Positions 38,319 through 46,665 of a stretch of DNA of 64,000 nt are shown piece by piece. The notes below the pieces were generated by a model. That model was not told where the DNA came from. It made no database searches and saw only the letters and a program-made list of their open reading frames with translations. Made by a program: the position numbers and the translations under genes. Position 1 is the first letter of the stretch; each line of letters starts with the position of its first letter. Source of the stretch: a virus; the IMG/VR virus record IMGVR_UViG_3300023245_000013, one strand, 5' to 3'.

Positions 38319-38382
38319 CTACTATTTCACAATACACTAAAAATCAGTAAATTGTAAAATAATTTTTAAATATTTACATAAA

Positions 38383-38417
38383 AACTTGGAATAGATGCAA
38401 CTTATTGTATATCTTTG
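38383..38417 (+). promoter_or_regulatory. Bacteroidota-type promoter for the Ser/Arg/Trp tRNA operon
   Basis: TATCTTTG box with upstream TTG. Confidence 0.65.
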
Positions 38418-38520
38418 CGTCTCAATTATAGAACGAGAAAATATTTTTCCCAACTATATATTGACAACTAATTCCTTCTCGTCCCTGAGAAATAAAACTT
38501 GAAGGTAAAGAACAAAAACA

Positions 38521-38604
38521 ATGAAAACACTCCCAAACATAAATTGGTCGTCATCAAGATGGAGTTCTAGGAAAAACCTAGGGCCTGACCGAGTTATGCG
38601 TTAA
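38521..38604 (+). CDS. leader peptide MKTLPNINWSSSRWSSRKNLGPDRVMR
   Basis: A-rich upstream region; nine consecutive Trp/Ser/Arg codons at 38545-38571; followed by a terminator. Confidence 0.75.
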   Translation: MKTLPNINWSSSRWSSRKNLGPDRVMR

Positions 38605-38661
38605 TGTGAATTCATAAACGATATCAAGGAAAGCCCTAGGAGAAATCTTAGGGCTTTTTTT
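38567..38661 (+). promoter_or_regulatory. transcription attenuator (1:2, 2:3 and 3:4 helices)
   Basis: 1 CTAGG 38567-71; 2 CCTAGGGC 38577-84; 3 GCCCTAGG 38633-40; 4 CTTAGGGC 38647-54 followed by a T run. Confidence 0.75.
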
Positions 38662-38676
38662 GTGTCCAAAAAATAA

Positions 38677-38762
38677 GGAAGGTACCTCGCAAGTGGTGTG
38701 GAACAGGGCTTGAACCCCTGGGTGTCGTTTGCTCGGCAGGGGTTCGAACCCTCTATCTTCCT
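38677..38762 (+). tRNA. tRNA-Ser(UGA)
   Basis: CAGGG-CTTGAAC-CCCTG, long variable arm. Confidence 0.85.
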
Positions 38763-38794
38763 CAATACAGTTCTTTGACATGTTGGGTTTTTAT

Positions 38795-38882
38795 GGAAGT
38801 GACGCGAATGTTGTCATTGTCGCACCAGTCTTGAAAACTGGCTCACTTAATTGTGACGAGGGTTGGATTCCCTTCGCTTCCT
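38795..38882 (+). tRNA. tRNA-Ser(UGA)
   Basis: CCAGT-CTTGAAA-ACTGG, long variable arm. Confidence 0.85.
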
Positions 38883-38918
38883 CAAAGTCGTGACTCTCGA
38901 CTCAAACTAGAGCCATAT

Positions 38919-39008
38919 GGCGAGGTACTCAAATGGTAAAGAGGCCGCTTTGCTAAAGCGGTAGGGCAGTAAAATGTTACGTGGGTTCGACCCCCATCTT
39001 CGCCTCCA
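38919..39008 (+). tRNA. tRNA-Ser(GCU)
   Basis: CCGCT-TTGCTAA-AGCGG, encoded CCA. Confidence 0.9.
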
Positions 39009-39011
39009 TAT

Positions 39012-39096
39012 GGATAGATACTCAAATGGTAAAGAGGCTGTCTTGGAAAGGCAGTAGGCCCTTCGGGGTGCGAGAGTTCGAACCCCACTTCGTCCA
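39012..39096 (+). tRNA. tRNA-Ser(GGA), mismatched T stem
   Basis: CTGTC-TTGGAAA-GGCAG; T stem GAGAG/CCCAC has two mismatches. Confidence 0.7.
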
Positions 39097-39147
39097 CCCC
39101 TGGGCGGTTTTGTACTTTTTGAAGCTATGTATTAGAAATAATACACC

Positions 39148-39972
39148 ATGCCTAGAAAAGAAAAGAAGTTTCATTACATCTACAAAACCACTAATACCCT
39201 AACGGGTAGATATTATATTGGGATGCATTCCACCGATGTAGTTGAAGATGGATACCTGGGTTCAGGTAAGCGTCTTCGACGTTCTGTCAATAAGCATGGA
39301 GCTGAATGTCACTCCAGAGAGATACTTGAGTTTTGCAATTCTCGAAAGGAGTTGATTGATAAGGAAAAAGAGGTCGTGACATTGGAGGAAATTGCTAAGA
39401 ATGACTGTATGAATCTAATGCCAGGAGGCAGAGGGGGATTTATCAGTGATGAGCATCAGAGGCATAGGTCTATTTGTGCTGCTAAAGCAGCTAAGAAAAA
39501 AGCAGATGAAAACCCGAAGTTTAAAAAGAAATGGGAGGAAGCTAGGTTAAAAGGATTAAAAAAAGCCTACAAAGAGGGAAGAATACCAAACATTCAAGAC
39601 CATTATGATTGGTCAGGAAAAGAGCATACACCTGAGACAATTAAAAAGTTGAGAATAGTAAAGAAAGGAAAAGGAATTGGTAAATCTAATTCTCAATTTA
39701 ATACTTGCTGGATTAATAATGGAGTTGATTCTAAAAAAGTTAACAAACAGACTATTGAAGATTTCTTTAGTCAAGGGTGGGTAAAAGGTAGAAAGATGAA
39801 AGATGGGTTTAAAAACAAATTTAAGCTCTCACAGGAAGAAGTTAATAAAAGAAAAAACCTCATGTCTCATATTGATTTTAATAAAAGAGGTTGGGTGAAA
39901 CAAGCTTGCGAAGCTTTGAATATGAAGCCTGGGGGAGTTAAAAGATTTGTAAACACATATATAAGAAATTAA
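39148..39972 (+). CDS. GIY-YIG homing endonuclease
   Basis: HYIYKTTN...RYYIGMHST...GYLGSG, NUMOD3-like GKEHTPETIKKL; inside the tRNA cluster. Confidence 0.85.
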   Translation: MPRKEKKFHYIYKTTNTLTGRYYIGMHSTDVVEDGYLGSGKRLRRSVNKHGAECHSREILEFCNSRKELIDKEKEVVTLEEIAKNDCMNLMPGGRGGFISDEHQRHRSICAAKAAKKKADENPKFKKKWEEARLKGLKKAYKEGRIPNIQDHYDWSGKEHTPETIKKLRIVKKGKGIGKSNSQFNTCWINNGVDSKKVNKQTIEDFFSQGWVKGRKMKDGFKNKFKLSQEEVNKRKNLMSHIDFNKRGWVKQACEALNMKPGGVKRFVNTYIRN

Positions 39973-39974
39973 AT

Positions 39975-40048
39975 GGCTCCGTAATTCAATTGGACAGAAT
40001 ATCAGTTTTCTAAACTGAGGGTTCCGAGTTCGAATCTCGGCGGGGTCA
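39975..40048 (+). tRNA. tRNA-Arg(UCU)
   Basis: TCAGT-TTTCTAA-ACTGA, canonical arms. Confidence 0.9.
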
Positions 40049-40102
40049 CTTATGGTTTGTATCGACCAGGTCAGGATTAACCTGACCAAACAGATACGAT
40101 AC

Positions 40103-40185
40103 GCTGGTCCTACTTCATAGGTGAGAGAGACAGATTCCAACCCTGTCGCCTTCGGGATTTGTGGGTTCGACTCCTACGACCAGCG
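40103..40185 (+). tRNA. tRNA-Trp(CCA) with long variable arm
   Basis: GCTGGTC/GACCAGC, ACAGA-TTCCAAC-CCTGT, variable region CGCCTTCGGGATTT. Confidence 0.75.
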
Positions 40186-40211
40186 CTAAAATTACAACGT
40201 TAGAATTAATA

Positions 40212-40297
40212 CACGTCGGCTATTCATTGGTGAGACAGAGGGTCTCCAAAACCCTTGCCCGTAAGGGATGTGCAGATTCGACTTCTGCTCGGCGTGC
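40212..40297 (+). tRNA. tRNA-Trp(CCA) with long variable arm
   Basis: AGGGT-CTCCAAA-ACCCT, variable region TGCCCGTAAGGGATGT. Confidence 0.8.
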
Positions 40298-40339
40298 TTA
40301 TTTGAAACAAAACCCAATTGAATGCGTATATTTGCTTAC

Positions 40340-41341
40340 ATGAGAAAACTAGCAACCATTCGGAGAATAGAATCACTACATCCTATTAAAAAAGCTGACC
40401 GTATCGAACTTGCAAAAGTTGGTGGTTGGAGGTCAGTGGTCAAAAAAGGAGAATTCAATGTTGGCGACATGGTAGTTTATTGTGAGATAGATTCTTTATT
40501 GCCTGTGAAAGAAGAATTTGAGTTTCTTCGAAAATCTTGTTTTAGAGAATTGCCATATGGAGTTTCGGGGTTCCGATTAAGAACAATGAAACTTCGAGGT
40601 CAAATATCACAAGGCCTCATACTTCCTTTGTCAGTTCTTTCTTCAGGAGATTTTAAAATTGGAGAAGATGTAACTGAGCAGTTACAGATAATCAAGTACG
40701 ACCCACCTATTCCAAAAGAAATGATGGAAAGTGCAATTGGAGTTTTTCCGTCGTTTATTAAAAAGACAGAAGAGGAAAGAATTCAAAACTTAGATTCGGA
40801 GATAGAGCTTTTAAAGGGGCGAACTTTTTTCGTAACTGAAAAACTTAATGGACTCTCGATGACAGTTTTTCATAACGCAAACGAATTTGGCGTTTGTGGA
40901 AGAAACTATCAATATAAAAAACTTGAAAGCAATGCTTTGTGGTCTTCGGCGATAGAAGAAGGGCTAGAAGAGAAATTAAAAGCTTACGGTAAAAATATTG
41001 CTATTCAAGGCGAGTTGGTTGGGCCTGGAATCAGCGATAATCCATATGAGCTTGTGACAAAAGAATACCGAGTTTATAACATATTCAACATTGATGAATA
41101 CGCATACCTCTCGAAAAAAGATTGTCAAGAATTAGCCACTCAAATGAGCCTAAAGTTAGTTCCACTTGTCTCAGCGTCTATGGCATTGCCTGAATCTGTA
41201 GATGCCATCCTAGAAATGGCTGATGGACCAAGCCAGTTAAATCCAGAGACTCAGAAAGAAGGAGATGTTTGGGTAAGCGGCGATGGACAAGATAGAGTCT
41301 CTTTTAAAGTTATTTCGAATCATTTTTTATTGGAGGAATGA
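40340..41341 (+). CDS. ATP-dependent RNA ligase, DRB0094/Rnl2-like family
   Basis: RKLATIRRI, ADRIELA, VYCEIDSLLP, LRGQISQGL, motif I TEKLNG, IQGELVG, KEG, SFKVIS. Confidence 0.9.
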   Translation: MRKLATIRRIESLHPIKKADRIELAKVGGWRSVVKKGEFNVGDMVVYCEIDSLLPVKEEFEFLRKSCFRELPYGVSGFRLRTMKLRGQISQGLILPLSVLSSGDFKIGEDVTEQLQIIKYDPPIPKEMMESAIGVFPSFIKKTEEERIQNLDSEIELLKGRTFFVTEKLNGLSMTVFHNANEFGVCGRNYQYKKLESNALWSSAIEEGLEEKLKAYGKNIAIQGELVGPGISDNPYELVTKEYRVYNIFNIDEYAYLSKKDCQELATQMSLKLVPLVSASMALPESVDAILEMADGPSQLNPETQKEGDVWVSGDGQDRVSFKVISNHFLLEE

Positions 41342-41360
41342 TTTTCGTATATTTACATTT

Positions 41361-41432
41361 GGCCCCGTAGCTCAGTGGAAGAGCAATTCCCTTCTAAGGA
41401 ATCGGTCCCAGGTTCGAATCCTGGCGGGGTCA
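41361..41432 (+). tRNA. tRNA-Arg(UCU)
   Basis: ATTCC-CTTCTAA-GGAAT. Confidence 0.9.
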
Positions 41433-41608
41433 CTAAATGCAAGAATGGAGATTTATCTCCTGAGACGCCTAATGCTTTACACACCCTGGGTTCCTAGCCC
41501 AGGCAATGTGGTGCTAGTAAAGCTTCTTGTGTTTTTTAAAGACAGCAAATGAAACTTTTTTCGAAAAGCTCCGTATAATAGTAATATAAACAAAAACAAA
41601 TAACGCTT

Positions 41609-42019
41609 ATGAAATCTTACGCATCTATTATCATTGTATTTATTTCAATGTTTTTTCTGCCCTCTGCTTTTGCAGCAGAACCCGTCTATAACGACGAAGA
41701 ATCCATTGCCGTGTATGAACCCGTCGTTACAATCACTGCTCTAGGAGGAAATGAATATCAAGTTAAGATTGAGGTCTGGCTGCCAAAAAACACCACAGGA
41801 GGCGTTGTTTCTAATACTGTCAATGGTGACACACGCTCTATTGACATCGATATTGTTGGAGGAGTACCTATCAACGGGCCTCATCTTGAAACTTATAGTT
41901 TAGTTGTTACACGCCTTTCAGGGGAAAACGAAATACTTACAGAAGTTTTTGAGTTAACACAAGGTAAGCCTAAGAAGAAGAAAGGGCAGACTGTTGTGGT
42001 TTATTCAGGTGTAATTTAA
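41609..42019 (+). CDS. secreted hypothetical protein
   Basis: Signal peptide ending AFA; behind promoter motif at 41551. Confidence 0.6.
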   Translation: MKSYASIIIVFISMFFLPSAFAAEPVYNDEESIAVYEPVVTITALGGNEYQVKIEVWLPKNTTGGVVSNTVNGDTRSIDIDIVGGVPINGPHLETYSLVVTRLSGENEILTEVFELTQGKPKKKKGQTVVVYSGVI

Positions 42020-42020
42020 A

Positions 42021-42127
42021 AATACTTGGAATGTAGGCTTGGAAGCAGCCATCATCTAAAGAGTAGCGACGTGAGGTGTTAAAGGGACCATCTGAGAGCT
42101 TTTAGCGTAATAGCACACCGAGTATTT
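42021..42127 (+). ncRNA. 23S rRNA L11-binding domain (H42-H44) mimic with internal insertion
   Basis: ATGTAGGCTTGGAAGCAGCCATCATCTAAAGAG...AGCGTAATAGCACAC closed by AATACTTGG/CCGAGTATT; no flanking rRNA sequence. Confidence 0.8.
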
Positions 42128-42582
42128 TTGGTATTATTTTAACTGGCACTGAAAAGCCCATAACGGATGACAACTCCAAGGGTAGTTCCATCGAAAGATG
42201 GCGGTGTAGCGGGTGGAGATACAGTGACTCCGTAAAGAAATGGCACGATAGCTATGCGCCTCAGTTAAAGACCTTGTGTCGTCCTCTGCTCTGTTCCTCG
42301 GAACAGCAAGACGGTCCCGCTGGACAGAAGGCCTCTGATTCCAGCCGCTGACATTTAAGAAACGGGCCCTAATAAATATCCCCACAGGAGGCTAGTGTGT
42401 CGTCGCATGAATAGAAGTGGGTAGTGCCACAGAGATGGGTAGTTGATGCCGTATCACGAAATCAGACAGGAACGATTCCCTGACAACAAGCGTAGCTCTA
42501 ACCCTATTGTGGGGACATCTTAAAAGCAAGGCTCCTTCGGGAATGTGGAAGCATAAGTTCTTGTATTTGTTGGGTGAGATTT

Positions 42583-42666
42583 GGCCAGGTGGCAGAATGG
42601 ATATTGCGCCAACCTCCTAAGTTGGTGTCCGAAAGGCACTTGTGGGTTCGAATCCCTCCTTGGTCA
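42583..42666 (+). tRNA. tRNA-Arg(CCU) with long variable arm
   Basis: CCAAC-CTCCTAA-GTTGG, variable region TGTCCGAAAGGCACT. Confidence 0.8.
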
Positions 42667-42686
42667 CAAAAATTTTACCGTTTTGA

Positions 42687-42989
42687 ATGGAATACATAAT
42701 ACCTTTTCAAATAGTGCACATCAAAAGCAGGAGCTTCATTCATGAATATAAAAATCCGCCTGAATTAAGCGACCTGACTCCTGGAGATGTATTTTTGATA
42801 GAATCACAGTTGTCATCTATTGGGCCTCATAGTTTGCATCCTATAGTTTTTATGGGTGGAGTTAAGACTCGTTCTATAACGCGCTCAGGATTTAAACTTA
42901 CCACTTTCAAATATAAATTTCTAGGCACAGCAAGAGTAGAGGTTGGAAACATGATAATGACAAACATATATCTGGAGACATGGCCATAA
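42687..42989 (+). CDS. hypothetical protein
   Basis: 100-aa ORF. Confidence 0.4.
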   Translation: MEYIIPFQIVHIKSRSFIHEYKNPPELSDLTPGDVFLIESQLSSIGPHSLHPIVFMGGVKTRSITRSGFKLTTFKYKFLGTARVEVGNMIMTNIYLETWP

Positions 42990-43202
42990 TCGGAGCTACT
43001 TATAATAAAACGATTTGGAAGACTTCCCATATTGCGAGGATTACCCTGGCTGCGACGAGTGAAACTTTTTAAAGTTTTATACGTATATTACAAATAAAAA
43101 CTCCATGCCAAAGTTAAGATGGTTCATTCCCTTGGGGAATACAAAACTCATGTAACGAGCTGTGGTCGGAAGAAACCGACTGCGGCTGTAACCACATGAG
43201 TC

Positions 43203-43460
43203 ATGAAAAACACGAAGAGGGCGTATCGACGCAACAAGAAACGAGTGAAGTTCGAAAAGCGGCTTAACGACTGGTTCTCTCACTGGGGTGATACTCCCTG
43301 GAAGTACGAGAACATCGAGAAAGCTCGCTTGGGAGAAGACTGGACCTTTCTGCGCACTACTTGGAAATCATGCAGTTGTGATGGGTGTTCACCTAATTAT
43401 AAGCGGCCACCGAAGCCTAAAACCCAAAAAGAGATATGGGACGAATTATACGACTGCTGA
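43203..43460 (+). CDS. basic Zn-finger-like hypothetical protein
   Basis: RAYRR...WKSCSCDGC. Confidence 0.55.
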   Translation: MKNTKRAYRRNKKRVKFEKRLNDWFSHWGDTPWKYENIEKARLGEDWTFLRTTWKSCSCDGCSPNYKRPPKPKTQKEIWDELYDC

Positions 43461-43567
43461 TTGTAGCAGTTGTCCTAATAACAATGTCAGGCTGCGCGTC
43501 GAAGGAAAGATGCGCAGCGTATGACGATATTCATCTGCAAGAGTAACATTTGCGTCTATTTATAGGC

Positions 43568-43930
43568 ATGAATAAGCTTAGAAGTCAAATACGCAAGGCG
43601 CTACTGGAAATTGAATTTCCTAGCCAGGATTACTCTCAAGAGAATGAGTCTATGGGTACGCCAGTCATGATTGAGACTGAACCTCTTAAGGCGTTCTTGG
43701 ACCAAGAAGGAATTTTTGGCATGGAGTCAGAACTTATATCCATACTAGAGAAGCAGCCTACTCCAGAGGTTAAGTCAGCTTTGGAATCAGAGATTAAATT
43801 TAAACAATCCAACAAACAAGTTGAAACACTTTCCGTTGAGGAAATGTTAAACTTGTATTTGGAGTTGAATAATCTTCAACAATACTTTGGCGATATAATA
43901 TCTTTTGCACACAACAGCTACAACGTATAG
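43568..43930 (+). CDS. hypothetical protein
   Basis: MNKLRSQIRKALLE N-terminal motif; upstream TATTTATA. Confidence 0.6.
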   Translation: MNKLRSQIRKALLEIEFPSQDYSQENESMGTPVMIETEPLKAFLDQEGIFGMESELISILEKQPTPEVKSALESEIKFKQSNKQVETLSVEEMLNLYLELNNLQQYFGDIISFAHNSYNV

Positions 43931-43933
43931 CTT

Positions 43934-45055
43934 ATGAAAGAGATATCATTAGACCGTTCATTCAATCTTCCACACTACAATCGTTTAGACGAAAAAAGAA
44001 TGGAAGGACTAAGAAAAATAGTACGAAAGACACTTTTAGAAATCTCTTCGACTGAGTGCGATGGGTGTGCTTATTTTGATATGGATTCTATTTTAAAATA
44101 TGTAGAATTTGAGTATCCTCTATATTCAATTTTAGAAAAATGGAAAACTGCTAAACTTGTTTTTATTAGCCCTAAACAGTACATTTACAAAATTGCAAGC
44201 GGCTTTGGAGGCCTTAGTTATGATGATGCTATGGGACCAGCTGAGCTTGATGATAGAAAAAAAGTAAAGACGTATGCTGAGGCAATGAAACAAGGAGATA
44301 AGTTTCCTATTGGATTTTACACAAAAGGAAAAAGCAATCAAGAAGGACGACATAGAGCTATAGCAGCCATGTTGCTTGGGGCTAAATTAATCCCTGTCAT
44401 TGAAAAAGTTGATTTATCTGATAAAGATGTTTCTTTTTTAATAGAAAAATGGAAAAACATGGAGTTCGAAGAGCTTAATCAGCTTTTTATCAAAATGGGT
44501 TTTGATGAAGGCATTTCCAGTCTAGGATATAACTCTCTTAAAAGGAGAGTTGCGAATAAAAAGAAAGAGAAAGGTATTGACTTACATGAATCTTCAATGG
44601 ATTTTAGAACTTTTATTCACAAAGCAATTCACAGTGTAATTCATGGACGAGTTAAGAAAACTCACATGGTTATCGCTATGATAGAGGTTCATGACCCTAA
44701 AGAAGTGAACAAGCTAATAAAAGCCGCAAGAGAAGCCATGAGAGGCATGGGTGTCAAAGTTCCGTTCAAATGGAAGTTTCCACAAGGGTATCACATGACT
44801 GTTAAACTTGGTCAATTGCCTTTAGGCATTAAAATGCGTGGCGATGTAAACAAGGACATAGAGCTTAGCGTTGAAACACTAGGGATTAGCGATGACGCAA
44901 TTGCTTTTGGGGTAAAGGGGTACTTTAGTAAAAATGAAATCCAACATATAACGCTTAGATTTAAAGACGTGCCAAGCGCATCTAATAGTATTGAAAACTG
45001 GATTCCCCTGGCAAGTCCTTTTTCAGTAATAGGAACAGTAAAACAATTAACTTAA
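43934..45055 (+). CDS. ParB-like domain fused to 2H-phosphoesterase-like domain
   Basis: QEGRHRAIAA (ParB/Srx); C-terminal YHMTV and QHITL HxT pair. Confidence 0.6.
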   Translation: MKEISLDRSFNLPHYNRLDEKRMEGLRKIVRKTLLEISSTECDGCAYFDMDSILKYVEFEYPLYSILEKWKTAKLVFISPKQYIYKIASGFGGLSYDDAMGPAELDDRKKVKTYAEAMKQGDKFPIGFYTKGKSNQEGRHRAIAAMLLGAKLIPVIEKVDLSDKDVSFLIEKWKNMEFEELNQLFIKMGFDEGISSLGYNSLKRRVANKKKEKGIDLHESSMDFRTFIHKAIHSVIHGRVKKTHMVIAMIEVHDPKEVNKLIKAAREAMRGMGVKVPFKWKFPQGYHMTVKLGQLPLGIKMRGDVNKDIELSVETLGISDDAIAFGVKGYFSKNEIQHITLRFKDVPSASNSIENWIPLASPFSVIGTVKQLT

Positions 45056-45057
45056 TC

Positions 45058-45300
45058 ATGCACGACGGAAAACTAGACCACTCAAAAGACAATGAGGAGG
45101 TGACAGCAAGGTTCACTTTATCTCAAGAAGACCGAGAAGGTTTTCAAAAAATAAACTGTGACGGATGTTGCACAGGCATCAAGGTAAACGTAGACTCCTT
45201 CAATGCTCCCAAAGAGATGGTTAACCTTCTCACCACAGCTCAGCTAGTAAGAGCAATAGAGGAGCTTGTCGAATACCGTAACAGCGGACTTCGAGAGTAA
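45058..45300 (+). CDS. hypothetical protein
   Basis: 80-aa ORF. Confidence 0.5.
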   Translation: MHDGKLDHSKDNEEVTARFTLSQEDREGFQKINCDGCCTGIKVNVDSFNAPKEMVNLLTTAQLVRAIEELVEYRNSGLRE

Positions 45301-45329
45301 CCTTCTCCTACAATACCCGTATATAGGGC

Positions 45330-45881
45330 ATGAGTTATACAGAAATTTACAAGTTTAAGAAAGATGGTGACGCTGAGGAAATCGGCGAAGTCAAAAATGC
45401 TTTCAGAGGAGCTATGGCCATCTGGACCCATTTAGAAAAGAAATATCTCCCCAAGTTTATTCCAGAATGGGCGAAATCTATAGGCGAAGACCTAACTAAA
45501 GACTACTCTAGAATATCCTCAATGAAACAAGAGGACATGAAAGAGGTATGGGATATTATCAAACACCCATACATCACCGATACCCACAAGATAGCTATGA
45601 ACTCCACTTTCGACAATGTCGTTGTGAAGCGAGAGAATCTAGAGAAGCTAGTTTTGGCGTTCCGTGAGTTTGAGTTTGAAACATCGCTCAAAGAACAAGC
45701 AGATTTAATAGAGGAGGCTCTCAAAGATGACCCAGACCTGCTTGGATTGGGCTGGAATCAAACTTCTGTCAATGGAGACACTTGGGCAAACTCTGGTGAG
45801 TATAACGAGGAAACAGAGGAACATGCTTCTTATAATCTATTAAAAGAGAAGAAGCATTGGTTCATGTTTGACGACATGTAA
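45330..45881 (+). CDS. hypothetical protein
   Basis: Behind promoter motif at 45297. Confidence 0.65.
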   Translation: MSYTEIYKFKKDGDAEEIGEVKNAFRGAMAIWTHLEKKYLPKFIPEWAKSIGEDLTKDYSRISSMKQEDMKEVWDIIKHPYITDTHKIAMNSTFDNVVVKRENLEKLVLAFREFEFETSLKEQADLIEEALKDDPDLLGLGWNQTSVNGDTWANSGEYNEETEEHASYNLLKEKKHWFMFDDM

Positions 45882-45914
45882 CCAAAAAGTAGTATATTCG
45901 TATACTAAATTATA

Positions 45915-46121
45915 ATGTCACTGTCACGCAAATATGGCCGCAACGGCAAAACTTACCACGTAACTTTCTCTCCTGGAACAGATTCCACCGATAGAAAGAA
46001 CTGGAAGTTTTGGGATAACATCGTAAATGGTGTTGTGCAGGAGGATTATGCTGATACAAAATTGTTTAAGGATGTATTGGCTCAACCTCCCATAGAGACT
46101 ATTTTGGAGGCCAGCGTTTAA
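45915..46121 (+). CDS. hypothetical protein
   Basis: Behind promoter motif at 45878. Confidence 0.55.
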   Translation: MSLSRKYGRNGKTYHVTFSPGTDSTDRKNWKFWDNIVNGVVQEDYADTKLFKDVLAQPPIETILEASV

Positions 46122-46216
46122 ACGTTGGGAGCTAGAAGCGTTTGCTAATAAGAAGGGAATGACCCAAGAGCAATACCGCGAAGCAATTATTGGTCTAGAG
46201 GCAAAACGAGCTAATT

Positions 46217-46471
46217 ATGGCAAGAAAAAGAACGTTTGAAACCTGGTCTAAAAGCGAACAGTATAAAACTTTACTGAACTGCATTCAATTCGCAGCAGGC
46301 GAAGTTACAGACAACGCCTCTATTTTAAATAAGTTCAAAGACCACAAGCTTTTTCGTCTTGCCGCGCAGCACAATAAACACGTGCGCCACAAAGATTTCG
46401 AAATATTAAAAACTATTACTGTATTCGAGCTGGTCCAAAACATTATTTCTTCAGAGCTTAAAGAGTCGTAA
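46217..46471 (+). CDS. hypothetical protein
   Basis: 84-aa ORF. Confidence 0.5.
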   Translation: MARKRTFETWSKSEQYKTLLNCIQFAAGEVTDNASILNKFKDHKLFRLAAQHNKHVRHKDFEILKTITVFELVQNIISSELKES

Positions 46472-46665
46472 CCTTTCATAGTCGTAACCTTTCATAGTAA
46501 ACACCGTATATTACACTATGAACAGCATTGATAAACGTCATATTAAAATGGAAATTCAATACGGAATTATGGCAGCAGTCGGCTTAGAAAAAACAGACCC
46601 GACTTCTTCATGTCAAGCAAAGGAATCGGAGATGCCAGATTGGTGTCCCATTAAAGAAGAAGAAG

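Noticed and set aside
36211-38340. ORFs with repeating VIPLQNEMINR / LFIISFCKGITT peptides
   Set aside because: Artefacts of the 66-nt CRISPR period being a multiple of three; not genes.
40065-40090. SRP RNA (CCAGGTCAGG)
   Set aside because: Forms a simple GGTCAGG/CCTGACC hairpin and lacks the GGAAGGAAGCAGC helix-8 motif.
41455-41520. Twister ribozyme
   Set aside because: Only a P4/L4-like hairpin matches; no P2'/L1' (GAGG) partner or T2 pairing can be built.
42021-42127. Host rRNA operon or chimeric contig
   Set aside because: Flanks are a phage ORF and non-rRNA sequence, and the fragment has its own closing helix and an insert; kept as an ncRNA mimic, not an rRNA gene.
46465-46496. 16-nt tandem duplication GTCGTAACCTTTCATA
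   Set aside because: Local slippage duplicating the upstream promoter box; only the second copy has correct spacing, and no further meaning is evident.
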